From the NCBI GenBank assembly GCA_951406725.2, contig OX597832.1:34286001-34350000 (forward strand): a stretch of 64,000 bases of DNA, written 5' to 3'. Shown one piece after another: positions 56,948 through 64,000 of this stretch. The position numbers were made by a program, and so were the translations under genes. This DNA comes from Octopus vulgaris. Taxonomy: Eukaryota. Numbering within the stretch: the stretch's first letter is position 1; each line of letters begins with the position of its first letter. The notes beneath the pieces were generated by a model, which was not told the DNA's origin, did no database searches, and saw nothing but the letters and a program-made list of their open reading frames with translations.

Positions 56948-57917
56948 TACCTCAGCCTTGGCGAAGGCGGAGGTATTGTTTTCAGTCGTGTTTGTCTGTT
57001 TCTCCATGGACAAGATATTTCAAGATATCCGCTGTAACTTTCAGGATGTGACTGGGCAAGAACTGAGTAGGTTTTGGGATTGATCCCCTACCGGACAAAC
57101 ATTCTGAATTATTTGTTATATTTACTTTACATGAAGTATTACGATCTTACGTTGACTTTCAAGTCTTTCTCTGATTATCTCCCTTGAAAGCATGCTCATG
57201 GTTTCCCGCAAGTTATGGTGGCATTCTGTTTCCAAACTTTTATTTCCGCTTCTCTATTATTAATTTTACACGCGTCTCTATCTCAGTAAAAACTGATGGA
57301 TAAAGAAATCAAACTACATAATCAAACGGTAGCAAAACCGTTCGTAAATTAAATAACACTAACATATTCAATAACAATAATAAATTTAATTTATCCTCGA
57401 CAACTTTTAGTGTTATCACTTTTGAATATATCGTTCCTGTTTAAAACCTCTTGCCTACTTAACAATTGCATTTCTAGCTCTGCCTTGAAGGGAGCTTTAC
57501 TTCGTGAACTCATGTTTTTGTACGCAACGATGTTGTTAAACCTCCATTAACAGCACTGTATGCAGGTCGTTTCCGTTTTCTTTCACGCACGGATAAAAAG
57601 AGGGCTTCACAGAGAAAACTGTTCCTGTTCCTACTGCAGACCACACACACAGTATTACAAGCATGGCCCGCACACCCACCTTCACATTCCATGACTACCG
57701 TTGGGATTGATCAGGTACAAAACAAAAATTCTGGATTAGTTTTCTGGTTGTTTTACTTAATTTTTGAGAGCGGTCGGGTTCATTTTTAGTATTCTCTTTT
57801 GTGAGAGCAGTCGAGTTTATATCAGATATTCTCATTTTAAAAATCATCACTGGGTAATCGTTGAGAGGATGTTGGTGTTGCCTTGGCGGAGGTTTGTGCT
57901 CTCTGTATGTTCTTGTT
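56948..57917 (+). mobile_element. Possible Helentron-associated (HINE/DINE-like) non-autonomous element
   Basis: 5' hairpin TACCTCAGCCTT-GGCG-AAGGCGGAGGTA followed by GTTTGTCTGT; subterminal inverted motif CCTTGGCGGAGGT near the 3' end; T-rich flanks. Confidence 0.5.
57490..57600 (+). pseudogene. Gypsy LTR-retrotransposon integrase C-terminal fragment
   Basis: THVFVRNDVVKPPLTALYAGRFRFLSRTDK resembles the Gypsy GPY/F module (THVFVR.D..K.PL.PPY.GPF.V..R.DK). Confidence 0.65.
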
Positions 57918-59667
57918 GTTTAGTAATCAGGTCATCCCTGAATCAGCACACTTTTGCTCAAGGGCATCTTTTTGTATAAAAGCGACGAGATTGCCCAATT
58001 TGCCCTCTCCTTCGTAACTAGACAGTAGAGATGGTGTGTAGCTGTGCGAAAGACCGTCATATAAATGTGCATATGTATGTCTGTGTGTTTCTTTCTGTTT
58101 GTGTTCCTCCACACACCCAAATGCTTGACGACCGGTATTGGTTTACTTATGATCATGTAAGTTAGGGGTTCAGTAAAAGAGTTCGATAGAAGAAGTACCA
58201 GATTTTAGCACAGGTATTGCTAAAATGCCTGGAACAATTAAAAAAAGATAAAAGCAAAAAAAAGGCATGAGTTAATCATGCATAGAAGTCTGCTATTAAC
58301 GTGCCATCGATGGAAAAGTCCTAAAGTCGACACAGACTGGCACCAGGTCTGTCCAAAACATTGCCGTTAGAACACAAAGAGAAGGAACATATAATGCAAG
58401 GAACCTCGACCGACACTGACAATGCTACAATTTCCACAGCTCTAGACTGGATATTTATTCTTATTCACTTCAATGACCGCAAAATGTGAAAAGCAAAGTG
58501 GCCTCTGCGGGATTTGAACTCAGCGCAGGGAATTCGAACAAATAATGCAAGAGATTATACTAAAGACTTTAATGACTCTGCCAAGAATCTGCCAATTAGT
58601 TAAATTGAAAGACGCAGACTGTTTGTGTATCAAAGACTGCGTTTTCCAGCATATCATTTTAGACGGAGCAGAGTGTAATTTGAGGGGAATTTGACTGCTA
58701 TTTCCAACAGGTGGAACTTCAGAGAGGAGGTTACCATGGTGATTTATGAAGTGTCACTCAATGAAAAGATTTGAAACGGAAATTCAAAACCATCAGATCA
58801 GCTCTTACGTCGTTGTCAATTTATCATCCACGTGACAGACAGTACAGGAAGGAATGTGTGAGACGATGTGAAACAAAAGAAGCTGAAATCTCTCAGAAAC
58901 TGTTGTTGTCATTCCTGCATAACTTTTCTTGTTTTCTTTTGTCTTTATACTTTGAACAGCTGCAGAAATGGATAGAATAATATGTAATATAAGTGTGTTT
59001 CTATGTGTGTGTGTGTGTGTGTTAGATGTTCAGTGCATTTATAATCCATTCATGGCATGTGAGAACGTCCCTTAACCGTAGCAACCACGCAACTGCAATG
59101 GGTGTGCCTTGACAAACCACTAATCTTTTCAACATTACATAAAAACTCCCCTCGAATCACCCACTTTCAGATAACGCAAGTCAAATATTTTTTTGTATCC
59201 CTCGTAACAATAATACGTAAAATTTCAAATATCTTCGGTAATACAGAAAACTGAGAGAAGCCGAATGTTGGGAAGATTATGACACTCTTGAGAAGCAGTG
59301 GTTGTAATGATACACGTTAAACATTTGCATAAATTTGAATATATTAGTGATGCATAAATTTGATATAACTTCCCCAGGTCAGACATATAATGAAAACTTC
59401 CAGACATGATCATGCCGTCCTCATACACATACATATACATACATGCATCTATAAATAGTTAGAAAGACAGACAGATAGATAGATAGATAGATAGATAGAT
59501 TTGATGTTGTTTTAAACTGTCGTATGTCTAAATTTGGCTAAATGCGTTTCTTCAATGTTCATTTTTGCTTACAAAAGCCGTTTCAATATGTGGCATCATC
59601 ATGTGTGCCTTTGGAGTCTTTTCAATTACATTCCCGGATGTAATTGAATAGAATGCAAAGACCCACA

Positions 59668-59894
59668 TATGCTGACGCACACATACACATGCTGACGCAC
59701 ACATACACATGCTGACGCACACATACACATGCTGACGCACACATACACATGCTGACGCACACATACACATGCTGACGCACACATACACATGCTGACGCAC
59801 ACATACACATGCTGACGCACACATACACATGCTGACGCACACATACACATGCTGACGCACACATACACATGCTGACGCACACATACACATGCTG
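59668..59894. repeat. Perfect 20-bp minisatellite, ~11 copies
   Basis: Unit ACATACACATGCTGACGCAC. Confidence 0.97.
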
Positions 59895-60125
59895 TCATTC
59901 AGTCTGTAGTGAACACTACATCTATTAGGATATAAATGAATTTGTCAATTTTTGCCCTGAAGAGATTTTTACCTTTGCAATTTTAAATTGTAAAATATGA
60001 AAGAAAGTAGATATTGAAACACGCGTAGGCGTTATGAAATTGATTATTATGTAAATAAATTGATTTTGCTGTGTTCAAACTCACCCTTTTCTTTATACAT
60101 ACATACATACATACATATATACATA

Positions 60126-60164
<39 letters not shown>

Positions 60165-61029
60165 TTTCTTTAATTTGCTTACGCATGTTTCAAATAGAGA
60201 GGCATCTCAAAATTCTGCGTTGCAGTAATCATATTTAATTGACTAAGTTTCTACAAAGGATGTATAAATTGCACAGCGTCCTATTCTTACGAAAATTATA
60301 CCAGACTGCTTGAAGTATAGAACATTTTAAGGGACTTAACTTAGAATATTTGACTAATATATGTCGTAAGAGATGTATATCAGCACGCCTACTTAGGAAG
60401 AGTATTATTAGCCCATGCTAGAAATGTGATATGATACTCATTGTCCTATATCTACCCATCTCCTTAGAGAAAGTTTGTGGCAAAAATTACTTCTATTTCA
60501 ACTATTACTGACCAATTCAAATAGACACAAAAGGTCTGTAGAAACAAGCTATTCAGTGGATAATTATTTAGGTTACGATGAAAGTGTCATTTGATCAGTT
60601 TTAAAACTAAATATAAACTATGAGTTGGAGAGAAAAGGATCAGTCGACGAGAATTCTAAAGGAAAACTACTGATATGCTATTTACCAAGGAAGGTGTAAT
60701 ATTTCAAAAGAGTGATTTTTCATCGAAGAATAAATGTTAAAAATTTGAATAATCGTTCTGTGATTAAGATAATTATAGAATAACCATCATAATTGTAGAA
60801 TTGAGATAGTTGCAAAGGAATTATGATAATTGTAAAAATAAGATAATTGCAAAATAATAGTAAAATGATTACGATAAATTAAGATGGTAATTTCCCACCA
60901 AGTGAAAATGGTAGGTTACATAACAGACATACAGTTACATTTACCAATTCAATGTGTTGCAAAATGTGTTGCAAAAAGTTTAGGCAATCCACTAACTAAT
61001 ACTAATATGGTGATAAAAATAAAAACCAC

Positions 61030-61200
61030 ATCAAATCTTGGCACAAGGCCAGCAAGTGCGCGTTAGGGGTAAGTCGATTACATTGGACCCAGTGTTCAAC
61101 TGGTTCTTATCTCATGGCTCCCGAAATGATAACAGATATAGTCGATCTCGGGATTTAAAAACGGACGAAAGGCTGCTAACCATTCTGCCAGCTGACCGTC
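61030..61200 (-). mobile_element. SINE family 2, degraded
   Basis: GGCACAAGGCC..AGTCGATTACAT..GCTAACCATTCTGCCAGCT. Confidence 0.7.
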
Positions 61201-61381
61201 TTACAGTTCAATACTTAATATTAATTATAGAAAGAATGGGAAATCTTAGGAAGAAAACATCGCTCAATAATAAGGCTTAATCGGTTTATGTAATTTTTAA
61301 AATGTCCATTAGATAACAAGTTCTTAAAGAAAATCGTTATAATTATTTAGTAACAACAGGAGAATGTAGACAAAAGGGAAA

Positions 61382-61636
61382 GAATCCTTTGAGTCATGAA
61401 TGACCGATAAAACCCACCGAGGCAAAAGTCCGGAAAAGATTGCTTATGGAAGACCAGCAGTCGCCCCATGCGTACCAACCCCCCTCTCCTCGCCACCGAC
61501 GTTATCAGAGGAAAAAGCAAAGACCGATACAGCTAGGCACAATTGACGTCGCAACTCGTCTTGTATTGCTGAGTGGGAATCGAACTCGCTACTTCATGAT
61601 TGTGAGCACGACGCTCTAACCACAGAGCTATGTGCA
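61382..61636 (-). mobile_element. tRNA-derived SINE, family 3
   Basis: Minus strand head GCACATAGCTCTGTGGTTAGAGCG (A box)...GAGTTCGATTCCC (B box) followed by a non-tRNA body. Confidence 0.7.
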
Positions 61637-62181
61637 CTTACTATTATATTGGTACTTTCTGTTTTCTGCATATAATGTGTCTAGCATCAGATTAACCAAT
61701 TCCTGTGTTTTAGGATCGAGCTATGAACACTGTGTTTCTGAATAAAAATGCTGGGGTTATCCTATGCAGGTTTCATGGAATTGGGCCAAGCCGGGGCTAA
61801 TTTCTTATAATGTCTGATGGAAAATGCAATGAACCAAGGATCGCCTCGTTGTAAAGTAGAAACCAACAAATCAACTTTATTGTTCTCCAGTTGCAAGAAT
61901 ACATGGGACGATGTGGTTCTAGATTCGCCATATCTGATTTCAAAAGATGAGTTTACATGATCACCTTCACATTTTCCATCTATCAAATTCACTCACAAGA
62001 GCCTGAGGAAGAACATATCCCACACACATATATTACACACACAGGCAAACACACATCCCAACAGAGTGTGTTTTTTCACATATTGTTCATAAGGAGAAAT
62101 CTTTTTCCTCAGAACAATTTCTGTCGCGTATGTCTTTCCATGTCCGAATGTAAATACGAACATGTTAAATATGATTGTACC

Positions 62182-62221
<40 letters not shown>

Positions 62222-62403
62222 TTTGTTTGTATGTAGAGGTAGAGAGAATGGGAGAAATACAGAGATATAAAGGCAAGGCTAATTGAAGTTAGACCGATAC
62301 CGACTCAGAGATACAGAGGGAAAAAATCTCATTTACTTGATTTCTAACAGCAACCATTTTAACATACCTACACACACACACACACACACACACATACACA
62401 CAC

Positions 62404-62449
<46 letters not shown>

Positions 62450-62963
62450 CATACATGCGCAAACTCACATATTCCCCATTTTGATAATGTAAGTGTGATC
62501 TTTCAAATGTCAAACTGACACGACGTCCTCTGAAATAATGGGAGAAAATTTTCTGATAGGAGGTAAAAGAGGGTAGAAGGATGAGTAGAAGGGAGAGAAG
62601 GGGGGAGGAGTAGAGGGATAAGAGGGTGAGGACGCTCGGAAGAGGAGCATGGAGAGGAGAGAAGACGGGAAGAGAAGGGGATAAAAAGAGGGGGAGGAGG
62701 ACAGGGAAGATGAGGAAATGAATAATGTTCAAATTTGTATTCAACACAAATATCTATGAACCGATAACTTATCGTAGAATGGTTTGTATGTAGAATATAT
62801 TGGGTTGTTGTTGGTGGTGGTGGTGGTGGTCGTCGTCGTGGTCGTGGTGATGGTGGAAGATCTACCGAAACAGCTATGATTTTTGTTTTACAACTTTTAT
62901 TGTTCTTTTAAAGGTAGAGTTGCTGCTGCTACTACTAGAACTACTACAACTACTACTACTATA

Positions 62964-63002
<39 letters not shown>

Positions 63003-63133
63003 TGCGAATGTAAAAGATAACTAGGAATTATTGCCTTGTCCTGTCTGGAGCCTTCAGTTTTCGATAAAGTTGTAAAGGCGCAGCCTTCCTAACTATATAG
63101 GATAACAACATATCTCTGATTTAAAAAAAGCGC

Positions 63134-63177
<44 letters not shown>

Positions 63178-63369
63178 AGGAGGAGGAGAAGTTACTGCGG
63201 AAATACTTCTCTGTGTATATAAGCTACAGAGAACTTTCTTGATACGGGTTCAAATGCTTGAAACATATTTTTGAATTGGTGCCAAGTTTAAATTTCTCTC
63301 AACCACTGCTTAGAACTTTCAACCCAAAAATTTACGACGACCTGACAGGCGAAAATCGCTACCAGTCAA

Positions 63370-63636
63370 ATCATCTTGCTTGGTGTTTCTATAAGAGAAA
63401 CGTGATGGGTTAGTCACTTTGTTGTTGCCCCTGTTTGGGATTTGGGACTGAATCTATACATCCACTAGAGCGAGAATTTTTCCTCCATGACAAACTGCAG
63501 GGAATTGTATACACACACACACACACATTTGAAATGAAGTCCCTTATACAAGGACACAACACGTCGCCTTAACCAGAAATCAAACCACTCGCATACCATC
63601 GAGAGCCCAACACCGTATCAAATAGGCCATGTGCCT
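63370..63636 (-). mobile_element. Degraded CORE-like SINE
   Basis: GAAATGAAGT...CAAGGACACAAC followed by a decayed tRNA-like head. Confidence 0.45.
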
Positions 63637-64000
63637 TCTCAGGATTAAATAATGTGGTATATAGAAGCATCACTATACCCAGGTAAGGAATAGATGTCAC
63701 TGGTAGGAACCAGGCTCATTATAATGATGATATACAGGAAGAAATCAGTAATGGCGATGGAAGATCAACGTATAATACACTTCAGCTGTGAGAGTAATAC
63801 AACAATGTAAGTATGTTTCTTTTTCCAGTTGATTTGTGGGAAAAGTAGGTGAGTATCTCTAGAAGGATTGTTTCATTCGCGTGAGAAGACATATCCAGTT
63901 TCCTTTCGCAATCAAGTGCAGAGAATCTTAAGCTACTATTCGAAGCAGTCTTAGATTAGGCTAGCACATTACCGGACACCCCATTTTACATATTTGAGCT

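Noticed and set aside
56753-57083. Thr/Ala-rich and Val-rich ORFs
   Set aside because: Translations of a degenerate (GTT/GCT)n trinucleotide tract.
61575-61636. tRNA gene (also SINE heads at 2934 and 21575)
   Set aside because: A/B boxes are present, but there is no complete cloverleaf and the sequence runs into SINE bodies.
63643-63688. Possible 40-nt exon (ttctcag|...ccag|gtaagg)
   Set aside because: Splice-like signals alone are common; there is no recognisable peptide or partner exons.

Overview
Eukaryotic, very AT-rich, repeat-saturated DNA. It is most likely coleoid cephalopod (Octopus-type), inferred from the giant (TA)n arrays and the SINE families. No host gene can be called with confidence, and nearly all long ORFs in the track are stop-free read-throughs of (TA)n/(CA)n microsatellites. 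Contents: CR1-clade LINEs (one with an uninterrupted APE+RT frame cut by a 100-N gap), R4/Dong-like and RTE relics, four mariners, a Tigger relic, a Gypsy integrase scrap, at least three tRNA-derived SINE families, and Penelope-like (GIY-YIG) elements. Main finding: several unrelated type I hammerhead ribozyme motifs with short, mostly palindromic helix III, two families with unusually long helix II. One has a fully intact core (17947-18038). They sit in Penelope-type repeats and short fold-back elements embedded in (TA)n arrays. Also seen: a SINE/LINE pair sharing a covarying 3' stem-loop, a TA-rich tract inserted in a LINE with a 25-bp duplication, and a locally templated inverted duplication at a LINE 5' junction. 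The stretch 23637-27231 is a degraded mirror copy of 16447-21920 and is probably a long-read fold-back artefact.
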